Shown here one piece after another: positions 9,622 to 19,312 of a stretch of DNA of 64,000 bases. The translations under genes and the position numbers were made by a program. Under the pieces are notes generated by a model. The model ran no database searches, had not been told where the DNA came from, and saw only the letters and a program-made list of their open reading frames with translations. Source of the DNA: an uncultured Rhodopirellula sp. (GTDB taxonomy: Bacteria > Planctomycetota > Planctomycetia > Pirellulales > Pirellulaceae); contig CAXGAI010000022.1 in assembly GCA_964007735.1 (NCBI GenBank), positions 1-64,000 on the forward strand, written 5' to 3'. Numbering within the stretch: the stretch's first letter is position 1; each line of letters starts with the position of its first letter.

Positions 9622-12600
9622 TTAGTTGATATAGATGAATTCATTTGAAAGGAACAACAGTTGGCAAAATGCACTCCATGCATCTTCCTTGACCACTTCT
9701 CCTTCTTTTACGTATTGATTTATAAAGCTTCGAGCTTCCTCAATTTCTGCGGGTGTGGCAGATCGTGAATAGGTTAGTTCGTAAGCCAGTTGGATTTGAC
9801 CCGCCTGTTCCCTTTCAGCTGAGATAATTCGCCGGGCCATGGCTGAGCTAATTCTTGAGACCCATTTACTATTCATGAGAAACATGGCCTGAGTTGGCAG
9901 TGTCGTGGTATGGCGGTTTCCTGTCGGGAAAGCAGGGTTAGGAAAGTCAAAAAGCGTGAGCAGCTTGTAAACGTTAGTTCGAACGATAGGTAAGTAAACC
10001 GATCGTCGGGATGAGTTTTCGTAAGTCATGCGATTGGACATTAAAGCCTGTGGGGAGGGACTGAGCGTTGATATGCCCTCAAATGGGGCCCCGCCGATAG
10101 AACGGTCTAGTTCTCCACTGGTAGCAAGTAGAGTGTCACGAATAGCTTCTGCTTCAAGCCGTTTTGGGGTGTGCCGCCAGTACCATTGATTGTCCGGGTC
10201 TTTGGTCGCTGATACTTCGTTAAACTCAAATCCGATACGATAGGTTGAGGACGCAGTAATATGACGGTGGAGCGATTTGAGGCTCCAATTGTGCTTAATC
10301 AAATAACGGGCGAGATAATCGAGTAATTCCGGGTGCGAGGGAGTTTCGCCTGAGATACCAAAGTTCTCGGTCGATCGAACCAGTGGTTTGCCAAAATGCC
10401 AACGCCAGATGCGATTGCTGATTACTCGTGCGGCCAATGGAGTTTCACTGCGGGTGATTGCTTGGGCTAGTTCGAGCCGCCCACTTTGTTCATCACCAAA
10501 TGGCTGGCCTTCGGAACGAGTCAATAATCGGGGCGAACGTCGTTTCACAATGTTGCCGGTCTGCAGATGACTTCCACGAATATGGATAGGCATGTTGGTT
10601 ACCTCCCCTTCCTTGACGGCCATGGCTGTGATGCCTTGCAGTACTTCAAGGCGTTTGCGATTGTGGTTGATTTCCGTATCAATCTTCGTAATGAATTTAG
10701 CGTCGACTTCATTAAGTTCGCTTAATCTGGCCGGAGCCAAAAGCCAGTCGGGAATATCGTCGCTGACCTTTGACGTTAAAGTTGCCGGAGTCGGGCCTCC
10801 CCGTTGAAGCCAGGCAGCGATTTTGGGGGAAGAAGTTGCAGCTCTCTGGGCCGTTTGAACCCAGCGATTAAGAACGGCGCTGTCAAGGTTTTGCGAACTG
10901 GCGATTTGCTTTGGTGATGGAAGTTTGCTGTTGGTCGCCAACGGAATGAAGCGTAATTTGTCGAGGTGTACAGAAACGTTGTTAGCCTCAATGCGCAAGG
11001 TATGGAGAGGCTTGGTGAAAATGACTTTGCCTTCGGTTACCCATTTTTGATCTTCAGGATTCCAGCCGCCGGTGATTTCAGAAAAGGCTTCTTTATTCAA
11101 AAGTTCCCCATCAAATAAAAGCTTCATAGGGCGTGAAGCATTGGCCGCGTAGCGAAACTGTAAAATGTGCTCTCCTTCACCGATTGATTTCAGATCGTAT
11201 TCAATAAACGTCAGTTCGTTACTCCTGGAGGTGGCTGTTATCCCGATCTCTTCGCCGTAACCCTGATGAATCTTTGAAAAGTTGCCTCGGTCATAGTGTT
11301 CGGCCTCGCGTTCGGCTGAAAGATTATTGAGCACCGGAGCGAGGGCGATCTGGTCAATGTGAGACATGACGTTGGGCACTTCAAAACGCAAAATGTTTTT
11401 GCCGGCTTTGAATTCGTAACGGCCTGCGACATGCCACTTTTGATTCTCAGGGTTCCATCCTCCGGTCACCTCACCGATGGCGTTTTCTTTTACAAGCCTT
11501 CCATTCAGAAACAGCTTCCCGGGTCTGGCTGCTGCCGCGGCATACCGGATGTCCAGTTGGTAGATTCCGGCAAGGGGTATAGAGATGTCGTGTTCAAATG
11601 TTTGCAGACCTGAACCATTCTTGTCAGAAATAATGCCGATCCCTTCCCCATAGCCTTCCGTGACGACGCCAAAGTTTCCTCGGGCAAACGTCTCGGCTTC
11701 AATCCACTGGATTTGCCCGCTGTTGCTAAGAGTTTCTAGTTGGCCTACGGGTTCCCATGGAGTATTCGCTGTTTCGGATAGCCGGATTCTAAGTTCTGCA
11801 TCCAACTGGGTGTTTTGCCACTGGACAACGCTGGGGACGTGCGGGAGGTAGGCGTCCGCATTTTCCTGAGCCGTTGTTCCTAGCTGCGTTCCATACTGTT
11901 TCAGTAGGTCCTGACGTTGTCTGGTTAGCTCTTGGTTTCGCTTAATTAATACTGGTTGTTCGTCTGACTTGAGAGAAACGTTCATCAGTTGAGTGCTTTT
12001 CATGACACCTGCCATGGCGTAGTAGTCTTGCGTCGTAAAGGGATCAAACTTGTGATCATGACAGCGAGCGCAGCCAATCGTGACTCCCATGAATGCCCGG
12101 CCGATCGTATCTATCTGTTCATCAATAATGTCACTGCGTTTCTTGATCGGATCCTGTTCGGCATCGATCTTCACTCCGAGTGCCAGGAAGGTAGTGGCGT
12201 TGATGTGATCGTTGTATTGGTCCGCACTCCCGGAATTTAATAGATCCCCGGCGATTTGCTGGTGAATAAATGTGTCATACGGAGTGTCGAGGTTGAATTG
12301 CTTAATTACGTAGTTACGATATCTCCACGCAAGCGGGTAGGGTTTGTTCTCATCAGCTCCGTTGGAATCTGAATATCGTGCTACATCCAACCAGTGTCGG
12401 CCCCATCGTTCTCCGTAATGCGGCGAAGCCAGTAAGTCATCCACTAAGGTCGAAAAACCTTCAGGCTGCCGTAGCAGGTTTTGATAATGTGTTAACTCTT
12501 GAGGTGTGGGTGGAAGGCCGATGAGATCGAAGAAAGTACGGCGAATGATGGTCTGTGGGGCTGCAAGAGAGGGGACAGGGAGTTGGTGTTCTTCTAGTTT

Positions 12601-13131
12601 TTCAAGGATGTAAAGGTCAATATTATTGGTAACCCACCCTTTTGAATGAACGGCAGGAGGTCTGGATTCGCTAAGTGGTTGGTAGGCCCAGTGCTTAAAC
12701 GCCGACTCCCAATTGATTGTTGCGGCCGTCACCGCCCCATTCGTTTGGAAAGCCTTAGGAATCTTGGTCCCGGTGTTAATCCACATACGAAAGTCATCAA
12801 TGACTTTGTCGGCGAGCTTGCCTTTGGGGGGCATTTTGAAACTGTCGTGTTTCAATGCTGAGATAAGCAGACTCTCATCTGCCTTTCCGCTGATGAGAGC
12901 TGGGCCGCTATCTCCCCCTTTTAATAATCCATCGAGCGAGTCTACAAAAAGTCCACCTTGAAGCGTGTTGGCACGCTGACTATGGCAGTTGTAACAATGT
13001 TGGGCGAGTACGGGGCGAATTCGATTTTCGAAAAAGTCCGTATCAGTATCGTCAGCAGTCACAGTGGGTACAGTGCTTACTACAAGGGCAAGTAAGGTTA
13101 GCAGTCCAAATTGTAAAGACCGTCTCAACAC
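9622..13131 (-). CDS. Planctomycete cytochrome c / DUF1549 (PSCyt2) / DUF1553 (PSD1) protein with two CBM6/CBM35-like modules
   Basis: Signal peptide, CYNCH and CARCH heme motifs, YGERWGRHWLDVARY, HDHKFDP, PSHPELLDYLA, RLEAEAIRD, RRSVY, and an internal duplicated EAE...RYAA...TGGW module. Confidence 0.9.
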   Translation of the reverse strand: MLRRSLQFGLLTLLALVVSTVPTVTADDTDTDFFENRIRPVLAQHCYNCHSQRANTLQGGLFVDSLDGLLKGGDSGPALISGKADESLLISALKHDSFKMPPKGKLADKVIDDFRMWINTGTKIPKAFQTNGAVTAATINWESAFKHWAYQPLSESRPPAVHSKGWVTNNIDLYILEKLEEHQLPVPSLAAPQTIIRRTFFDLIGLPPTPQELTHYQNLLRQPEGFSTLVDDLLASPHYGERWGRHWLDVARYSDSNGADENKPYPLAWRYRNYVIKQFNLDTPYDTFIHQQIAGDLLNSGSADQYNDHINATTFLALGVKIDAEQDPIKKRSDIIDEQIDTIGRAFMGVTIGCARCHDHKFDPFTTQDYYAMAGVMKSTQLMNVSLKSDEQPVLIKRNQELTRQRQDLLKQYGTQLGTTAQENADAYLPHVPSVVQWQNTQLDAELRIRLSETANTPWEPVGQLETLSNSGQIQWIEAETFARGNFGVVTEGYGEGIGIISDKNGSGLQTFEHDISIPLAGIYQLDIRYAAAAARPGKLFLNGRLVKENAIGEVTGGWNPENQKWHVAGRYEFKAGKNILRFEVPNVMSHIDQIALAPVLNNLSAEREAEHYDRGNFSKIHQGYGEEIGITATSRSNELTFIEYDLKSIGEGEHILQFRYAANASRPMKLLFDGELLNKEAFSEITGGWNPEDQKWVTEGKVIFTKPLHTLRIEANNVSVHLDKLRFIPLATNSKLPSPKQIASSQNLDSAVLNRWVQTAQRAATSSPKIAAWLQRGGPTPATLTSKVSDDIPDWLLAPARLSELNEVDAKFITKIDTEINHNRKRLEVLQGITAMAVKEGEVTNMPIHIRGSHLQTGNIVKRRSPRLLTRSEGQPFGDEQSGRLELAQAITRSETPLAARVISNRIWRWHFGKPLVRSTENFGISGETPSHPELLDYLARYLIKHNWSLKSLHRHITASSTYRIGFEFNEVSATKDPDNQWYWRHTPKRLEAEAIRDTLLATSGELDRSIGGAPFEGISTLSPSPQALMSNRMTYENSSRRSVYLPIVRTNVYKLLTLFDFPNPAFPTGNRHTTTLPTQAMFLMNSKWVSRISSAMARRIISAEREQAGQIQLAYELTYSRSATPAEIEEARSFINQYVKEGEVVKEDAWSAFCQLLFLSNEFIYIN

Positions 13132-13134
13132 GTG

Positions 13135-14409
13135 TTAGATTTCCCATCCTTTTCGATAATCTTTTCTTAGCAGCGTGTTAGCGTCGTCAATGTTAGTGAC
13201 TTTGCCTTTGTTGGGGTCGTATTCAATTGTTTCTCCTACTCGATATGCTACGTTGCCCAACAGTACTAACTCCGTGAACGGACCGGCATATTCAAAGTTA
13301 GAACCTGTTCGGCTACCGGTTTTGCAAGCCTGAATCCACTGGGCATGATGTCCCGGGGAGTCTGGTAGATAGGGGGCGGGAGTTTTTCCAGTACCGTCTA
13401 TGATGTTGGGGCCTGAACCATGTGCGCAAGCGATGCGGCCAGTATCTCCAATGAACAGTGATCCGTTCATAGGTAGCTGTTCTGCGATTTGCGGATCTTT
13501 TGGTCGAGCGGTTCCTTCGTACCAGTACACATTGACAGGAGCGAAATCACCGCGTTGACCAAATTCGAACTTGGTAATCATCCATGTCGGAGCACTGTCG
13601 CTGTTTCGTTCCGGGCCTTCTGAGGTTACTTTGACCTTGCCACGTAGTTGAAGTCCCCAGAAACTTGGATCCATTAGATGGATGGCCATGTCACCAATAG
13701 CGCCGCACCCGAAGTCCCAGAACCCCCGCCACTTAAACGGAGCGTAGGCGGGGTTGTATGGCCGCGGCTTGGCGGGGCCAAGCCAGAGATCCCAGTCGAG
13801 ATGTGCCGGAATGTCGTGCTTGCCGGTAGGAGCATCGATCCCCTGAGGCCACCATTGCCCCGGACGATCGGTGATGATGTGAGCTTCTCGAACCTGTCCG
13901 ACAGCTTTTGTTTCAAGCATTTCCACCAGACGAAGATAGCCGGGGGCTTCATGGTTTTGAGTTCCCATTTGTGTAGCCAGCTTTCGTTTCCTCGCTTCGC
14001 CTGCTACGACTCGGGCTTCTTCGACCGTGTGCGTCAGTGGTTTTTCACAATACACATGTTTCCCACTGCGTAGTGCTCGGAGAGTGGCTGGTGCATGGCT
14101 ATGGTCCGGGACGGAGATAATCACAGCATCGATATCTTTACGTTCGATTAATTTTCGATAGTCGGTATAGTCAACGGCTTTTGGATGTTGATTTTTGGCA
14201 CCCGACAGACGATTGCGATCGACATCGCAAACCGCCACCACATTTTCACCGCCAACCTGAGCTAGATTGTGCCCCCCCTTCCCTCCAACGCCGATAACGC
14301 CAATATTAAGGCGTTCGTTAGCTCCTTTGGCAGTCACTGGTAGTATGAGCGGTGCTGAAAAGATGGCAGATTGCTTGGCAAATGTTCGACGATTAATTTT
14401 GTTGTGCAT
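13135..14409 (-). CDS. Gfo/Idh/MocA family oxidoreductase (Tat leader)
   Basis: NRRTF leader, IGVGGKG, PDHSH, HVYCEKPL, LDWDLWLGP, WRGFWDFG, GDMAIH. Start moved to ATG 14409. Confidence 0.9.
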   Translation of the reverse strand: MHNKINRRTFAKQSAIFSAPLILPVTAKGANERLNIGVIGVGGKGGHNLAQVGGENVVAVCDVDRNRLSGAKNQHPKAVDYTDYRKLIERKDIDAVIISVPDHSHAPATLRALRSGKHVYCEKPLTHTVEEARVVAGEARKRKLATQMGTQNHEAPGYLRLVEMLETKAVGQVREAHIITDRPGQWWPQGIDAPTGKHDIPAHLDWDLWLGPAKPRPYNPAYAPFKWRGFWDFGCGAIGDMAIHLMDPSFWGLQLRGKVKVTSEGPERNSDSAPTWMITKFEFGQRGDFAPVNVYWYEGTARPKDPQIAEQLPMNGSLFIGDTGRIACAHGSGPNIIDGTGKTPAPYLPDSPGHHAQWIQACKTGSRTGSNFEYAGPFTELVLLGNVAYRVGETIEYDPNKGKVTNIDDANTLLRKDYRKGWEI

Positions 14410-14974
14410 CAGATTCTCCGGTAATTTTAGATTGCCCGAGCATTTCGGCCACACGCGGGTAGATAGTGGATTCGTAAGCGTTCTCTTCGAGAACCTTATT
14501 GGTAAGCTTGCCTTCCTTATCGTAAATTAGCACGGCTGGTATGGCATAGATCTCCAGCTCTGCGTAAATGGCTTCGTCGTTCACGATTGAAATAATATGA
14601 TCCACCGAATTGCCATGTCTTTTTAGGAAGGGTTCGATAAATTCGATGTCTGTTTCCGGGGTTTGATCAGGTAACCCGGCGTAATTAATGTTGAAGGATG
14701 CACATGCAATGTTCTCGCCATATTCGGCCTGCAATCCGATGAGTCGTGGGAATTCTTTCATGCACGGTGCGCAGTAGGTGGACCAGATGTCGATGACGAC
14801 CACTTTGCCTCTATTGGCTTTGATGAATTCCTGAACCGTAGTCCAGTCGCCCATTCGGAATAACGCAACGTTAGTGGATTCTCTAACGATCGATTCTTCC
14901 TGTGAACTAGATGGCTTTTTACACCCGATCATGAGTGGGTTGAGTAACATCAGTAACGTTAAGACTCTGAACAT
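14393..14974 (-). CDS. TlpA/ResA-like thiol-disulfide oxidoreductase, lipoprotein
   Basis: Lipobox-like LMIG-C, GKVVVIDIWSTYCAPC..EFP, cis-Pro motif AIP..LIYDKEG. Confidence 0.85.
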   Translation of the reverse strand: MFRVLTLLMLLNPLMIGCKKPSSSQEESIVRESTNVALFRMGDWTTVQEFIKANRGKVVVIDIWSTYCAPCMKEFPRLIGLQAEYGENIACASFNINYAGLPDQTPETDIEFIEPFLKRHGNSVDHIISIVNDEAIYAELEIYAIPAVLIYDKEGKLTNKVLEENAYESTIYPRVAEMLGQSKITGESDAQQN

Positions 14975-15091
14975 AAGGTAAACTCTGAATGATCGTGATG
15001 AATGATTTCCTGGAATTGATTATATTAAAATCCAGGTAGAACAAGTACGGTGTACTTGGACAGTTGAATGATATTTCGGGAGGTGATAGTG

Positions 15092-15646
15092 GTGTCTCGT
15101 ATAACTACAATACTAAGTTTGACTTTAGTTACTTGTCTGGCCACACTGGCTCAGGCCCAAGTCAAGTCCGGTCTTGAGGTCGGCGATTATGTTGACGCGT
15201 TTGACGTCAAAGATTGTTCAACAGGGTTGTCGAAAGGTAAAACCCTGTGTTATCGCTGAGTTTACGGTTCTCGTCCGGTGGTCGCGATTTTTACTCGTAA
15301 GCTGGATGATAATTTGGTCAGTTTGACCAAAAAGTTGCAAGCCAAACTTTATGAAAATTCCTCTAAGCAACTGCGTTGTTTTGTTGTTTTTCTAACCGAT
15401 GAGCCTGCGAAGTTTGAAGAAGAATTGGCCGCGATTGCGGTAAAGCATCGATTGAGGACTTTGCCATTGACAATTTTTACAGGCTCTAAAGGCCCTGCAG
15501 AAATTAAGCTGTCACCTCAAGCGGAAAACACGGTTTTAATGTGGAAAGGCCTGCAGGTAAAAAGTAACAATGCCTTTGAAGCAGGCAAAATGGATGCGAA
15601 CGCCGTAGAGAATTTGGTGCTTGGGCTGAATGCTATTCTTGAATAG
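15092..15646 (+). CDS. Putative exported selenoprotein, AhpC/TSA/redoxin-like fold, CxxU motif (UGA at 15257-15259)
   Basis: ORFs 15068-15259 and 15278-15646 share a frame and are separated only by TGA. Read-through gives KTLCYR-U-VYGSRPVVAIFTR. SD GGAGGTGA at 15079-15086 precedes GTG 15092. Signal peptide ends LAQA. A stem-loop follows the UGA. Confidence 0.72.
15259..15303 (+). other. Putative bacterial SECIS element
   Basis: AGUUUACG (15259-66) pairs with CGUAAGCU (15296-303). An imperfect upper stem (15269-76/15280-87) closes a GGU apical loop (15277-79), 17 nt after the UGA. Confidence 0.5.
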
Positions 15647-15702
15647 TGATTGGGTCCCTGCGTCGTAAGAAACACGGGCAATTAACGGGATAAGGATACG
15701 CA

Positions 15703-16542
15703 ATGTCAGATTTGCCACTTCGAGGTAAGGTTGCCTGGATTACGGGGTCGTCGAGAGGCTTAGGTCGAGTGATGGCTGAAGAATTATGTCAAATGGGAGC
15801 GAGCGTTGCTGTACATGGTACTTGTGAGAACAGTCCGCAGACGTTTGGCGAAGGGGATACCATGCAGCAGTTGGCAGATGATATTGCTAGCCAATTCGAA
15901 GGTGAGTGCCTTGGCGTTTGGGGCGACGTGACGCAAGAGTCGGAAATTCAACGTGTAGCTAACGAAATACGGGAGCAGTGGAGGCAGATCGATATTCTGG
16001 TGACCTGTGCCGGGGGAGATATTGGCGCTCAGGGAACTGGCTATGGTACACGCGGTGGAGCGCCAGATGCTGATGACTGTTTAAACATTGGTCTGGAAGA
16101 TTTCCAAAGTGTAATGGATCGTAATCTCTTAGGGACAGTACTGGCGTGTAGGGAAGTTGTCCCTGAAATGATGACTCGTAAAGATGGTGTTGTCCTGACC
16201 GTCGGTAGTATTGGAGCGATGTATGGCCGAACGGATGGGTCAACTTACTCCATTGCTAAGGCCGCAGTGCATCAATACACACGCTGTTTGGCGGCACAGG
16301 TTCGGGCAGACAATGTAAGAGTCAATTGTATTGCTCCTGGCCCCACGGTGACGGAACGTTTTGTTCGGATTCATCAGGTTGCCGAAAACGAACCGAGGTT
16401 GATCGAAGACGGAACGCTGGAACGGTTTGGTCGACCGGATGAAGTGGCATCTGTGGTCGGTTTTCTTTGCGGTCCCGCCGGACGGTTTGTAAGCGGCCAG
16501 GTATTGCGGGTTGATGGTGGCTTACAAACATGGGCCGGCTGA
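15703..16542 (+). CDS. SDR family NAD(P)-dependent oxidoreductase
   Basis: TGSSRGLG, YSIAK catalytic YxxxK, VRVNCIAPG, SGQVLRVDGG. Confidence 0.92.
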   Translation: MSDLPLRGKVAWITGSSRGLGRVMAEELCQMGASVAVHGTCENSPQTFGEGDTMQQLADDIASQFEGECLGVWGDVTQESEIQRVANEIREQWRQIDILVTCAGGDIGAQGTGYGTRGGAPDADDCLNIGLEDFQSVMDRNLLGTVLACREVVPEMMTRKDGVVLTVGSIGAMYGRTDGSTYSIAKAAVHQYTRCLAAQVRADNVRVNCIAPGPTVTERFVRIHQVAENEPRLIEDGTLERFGRPDEVASVVGFLCGPAGRFVSGQVLRVDGGLQTWAG

Positions 16543-16558
16543 TTGAGAGGGACGAAGT

Positions 16559-16738
16559 TTGGAGACAACACTGCTTGGCGGAGCCATTATCGGTTGTTTG
16601 CTTTTTGTCCTGATGGTGCTGCAACACTTTATGTTGAAGCATCGACGAGGTCAATTGCGGGATCGTAAGCAGAGACTGCATGATATCCGCTATAAAGACT
16701 TTGAAACGCATGTGGATGATCCGTCATCGGAGCCCTAG
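16559..16738 (+). CDS. Small (59 aa) single-pass membrane protein, not in the ORF track
   Basis: TTG start with GAGAGG 8 nt upstream. METTLLGGAIIGCLLFVLMVLQHFMLKHRRGQLRDRKQRLHDIRYKDFETHVDDPSSEP: a hydrophobic helix followed by a basic patch. It fills the SDR-DUF4212 gap on the same strand. Confidence 0.55.
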   Translation: METTLLGGAIIGCLLFVLMVLQHFMLKHRRGQLRDRKQRLHDIRYKDFETHVDDPSSEP

Positions 16739-16821
16739 AACGCACTTGCGTTGCTGTCACAAAACCTCGTATCCTTTAAGGCTCTTAATCCTCTTCACCA
16801 TTCATTGGGAATATATCCGTT

Positions 16822-17085
16822 ATGGAAGAACCTACTGCTCGATCCCATCGGATCGCCTGCCTTAAGCTGACACTGTTTCTGCTCAGTGTCTGGGCTTTCG
16901 TAAGCTTTGGTTGTAGTATTTTGCTGCGTTCCTGGATGGATGGTAATTTGCCATCTGTTGGCAGCGTTCCGTTTGGATTTTGGATGGCGCAGCAAGGATC
17001 TATCATTTGCTTTGTTTTGTTGCTCGTGGTCTATGCCGTCTGCATGCGTCGTTTAGATAACAAACACGGATATACCGAAGAGTAA
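16822..17085 (+). CDS. DUF4212 small subunit of a sodium:solute symporter
   Basis: Two TM helices, [15 protein letters not shown]...Y...M..LD..G motif, directly upstream of an SSS transporter. Confidence 0.88.
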   Translation: MEEPTARSHRIACLKLTLFLLSVWAFVSFGCSILLRSWMDGNLPSVGSVPFGFWMAQQGSIICFVLLLVVYAVCMRRLDNKHGYTEE

Positions 17086-17096
17086 GGGGCGGGAAT

Positions 17097-18878
17097 ATGG
17101 ATCAGGATACTCTCAATTACATTTTCATTGGACTCTCGTTTGCGTTATATATCGGGATTGCGTTTAAGTCTCGGGCTAGTTCGACGAAGGAATATTACAC
17201 GGCTGGTGGTGGTGTTTCTCCGCTTGCCAACGGGATGGCTACCGCCGCCGACTGGATGTCTGCAGCGACCTTTATCTCGATGGCCGGAGCATTGGCGCTT
17301 GGTGGTTATGCAGGCTCAAGATTTCTTATGGGTTGGACCGGTGGCTTCGTACTACTCACAATCCTGATGGTTCCGTATCTACGCAAGTTTGGTAAAGCAA
17401 CCGTGCCGGACTTTATTGGAGATCGCTACTACTCGAAGTTTGCCAGATTTGTGGCTGTGTTATGCGCAGTCTTCATTTGTATGACTTATATCATGGGGCA
17501 AATGCGAGGTGTTGGTGTTGTTTTCTCGCAGTTGTTTAGCATCGAAATTTCGTCCGGTGTAATTGTAGGTGCATTGATTGTGTTTTTGTACGCTGGTCTG
17601 GGCGGCATGAAAGGTATTACTTATACCCAGGTAGCCCAGTATTGCGTCATGGCATTTGCTTATACAATTCCCGCTTTTTATATCGCGATCGCCCTGACCG
17701 GCAATATTATTCCTCAATTTGGGTTTGTCGGAGAGTATATTGCTGACGGTGACCCCGTTCCATTTCTTGAGAAGCTGAACAATATTAATCAGGAACTTGG
17801 TTTTTCAAAATATACCGATGGCAGCATGACCATGATAGATATGTTTTGTATCACAGCGGCATTGATGTGCGGCACAGCAGGTTTGCCGCACGTGATTGTT
17901 AGATTCTTTACCGTCAAGAATGTTAAAGCGGTGCGTAAATCTGCGTGTTGGACATTGGCATTCATTGCGGTGATTTATTTGACCGCCCCGACCATTGGTG
18001 CCTTTTCCCGCGTGAACCTGATTAGCCAACTGAATGGAATTCAATATTCCGATGCTCCAGAATGGTTTTCCCGCTTCAGAGATAGCGGACAAATGACATT
18101 TAAAGATAAAAATAATGACGGGATCATTCAATACACAGGTCCGTTAGCTTACCGGAAGTCCTCCGGTGAATTGGTGATCGCGCCATCAGAGAATGCGAAG
18201 CAGGCAGCACTTGAAGATGACACTGACGCAATGGCAGATCCCAATGAGTTGATTTTTGGGGCAGATATTATGGTTATGGCGAACCCTTACATGTCCGATG
18301 TACCGCCGTGGGCCATTGCTTTGTTGATGGCTGGTTGTATTGCCGCGGCGCTTTCCACAGCGGCCGGATTGTTACTGGTGTTGTCGACATCGATTTCCCA
18401 TGACTTGCTAAAGAAAATTATAAAACCCGACCTGACGGATAAAGAAGAAGTTAAGTGGGCTCGTATTGCTTCCTTTGTTTCTCTCGCTGTTGCTGCCTAC
18501 TTTGGTGTTTATCCGCCGTCGGCCTTTATCGCGAAGACTGTCGCGTTTGCATTCGGTTTGGCGGCGTCATCGTTCTTCCCGACTTTGCTGATTGGGATTT
18601 TCTCAAAACGGATGAGTCGAGAGGGCGCGATCGCTGGCATGATCAGTGGGATTAGTTTTACACTGGGCTACATTGTTTACTTTCAATTCCTCGGGGGCGA
18701 CCCGGCGGACTACCTTTTAGGGATTTCGCCAGAAGGAATTGGGACACTCGGCATGCTGATTAATTTTGCGGTTTCCTTCACGGTGAATATCTTTAGTCCG
18801 GCTCCGCCGCTGGAGGTACAGCAGATGGTGGAGGAAATTCATGTTCCGAGCGGTGCTAGTGGCGCAGTCGACCACTAA
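17097..18878 (+). CDS. Sodium:solute symporter, ActP-like (VC_2705-type subfamily)
   Basis: [77 protein letters not shown]. Confidence 0.9.
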   Translation: MDQDTLNYIFIGLSFALYIGIAFKSRASSTKEYYTAGGGVSPLANGMATAADWMSAATFISMAGALALGGYAGSRFLMGWTGGFVLLTILMVPYLRKFGKATVPDFIGDRYYSKFARFVAVLCAVFICMTYIMGQMRGVGVVFSQLFSIEISSGVIVGALIVFLYAGLGGMKGITYTQVAQYCVMAFAYTIPAFYIAIALTGNIIPQFGFVGEYIADGDPVPFLEKLNNINQELGFSKYTDGSMTMIDMFCITAALMCGTAGLPHVIVRFFTVKNVKAVRKSACWTLAFIAVIYLTAPTIGAFSRVNLISQLNGIQYSDAPEWFSRFRDSGQMTFKDKNNDGIIQYTGPLAYRKSSGELVIAPSENAKQAALEDDTDAMADPNELIFGADIMVMANPYMSDVPPWAIALLMAGCIAAALSTAAGLLLVLSTSISHDLLKKIIKPDLTDKEEVKWARIASFVSLAVAAYFGVYPPSAFIAKTVAFAFGLAASSFFPTLLIGIFSKRMSREGAIAGMISGISFTLGYIVYFQFLGGDPADYLLGISPEGIGTLGMLINFAVSFTVNIFSPAPPLEVQQMVEEIHVPSGASGAVDH

Positions 18879-19234
18879 TCTCTATAGAACGCCGACAAAA
18901 TGATAAAGCCAAGCCATAAGAGGGATGGAACGATTGCCAGTAAACACAACCAAACAATCTTTGTCGTATGCACGCCCTTCGCATCTTTCTTCAGATGTGC
19001 ATACTGAGGTGGCAAGGGTTTGACAGGCGTGTCTCCGCCGCCAAATGGACTTGTTGCTGATGCCGGTGGGCCCTGAGAAACAGTCGAGTTCGTTACTGTA
19101 ACTGTTTGTTCAACCGTAGGTACATTGAATATTTTTCCGCAGGTTGGACAAACGGCATCCTGTCCAGCAAGTTCGGCTACGTATTGCATTGACTGGTTGC
19201 AATGAGGACAATTCAAGGTAGGTGCGGCAGACAT
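18875..19234 (-). CDS. Zinc-ribbon protein with Pro-rich linker and C-terminal TM anchor
   Basis: CPHC...CPTC, a low-complexity linker and a hydrophobic C-terminus. Confidence 0.65.
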   Translation of the reverse strand: MSAAPTLNCPHCNQSMQYVAELAGQDAVCPTCGKIFNVPTVEQTVTVTNSTVSQGPPASATSPFGGGDTPVKPLPPQYAHLKKDAKGVHTTKIVWLCLLAIVPSLLWLGFIILSAFYRD

Positions 19235-19312
19235 GTTCATTGATTTTCCGTCAGGCGATTCAAAAAAACGTCACCGCGTTCCGTTTGCGTGGAGGAATGC
19301 GGGTGACAGCGG

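Noticed and set aside
16612..16643. Possible riboswitch hairpin upstream of the symporter
   Set aside because: The pairing is weak, matches no aptamer I recognise, and lies within the 59-aa ORF, which explains the region better.
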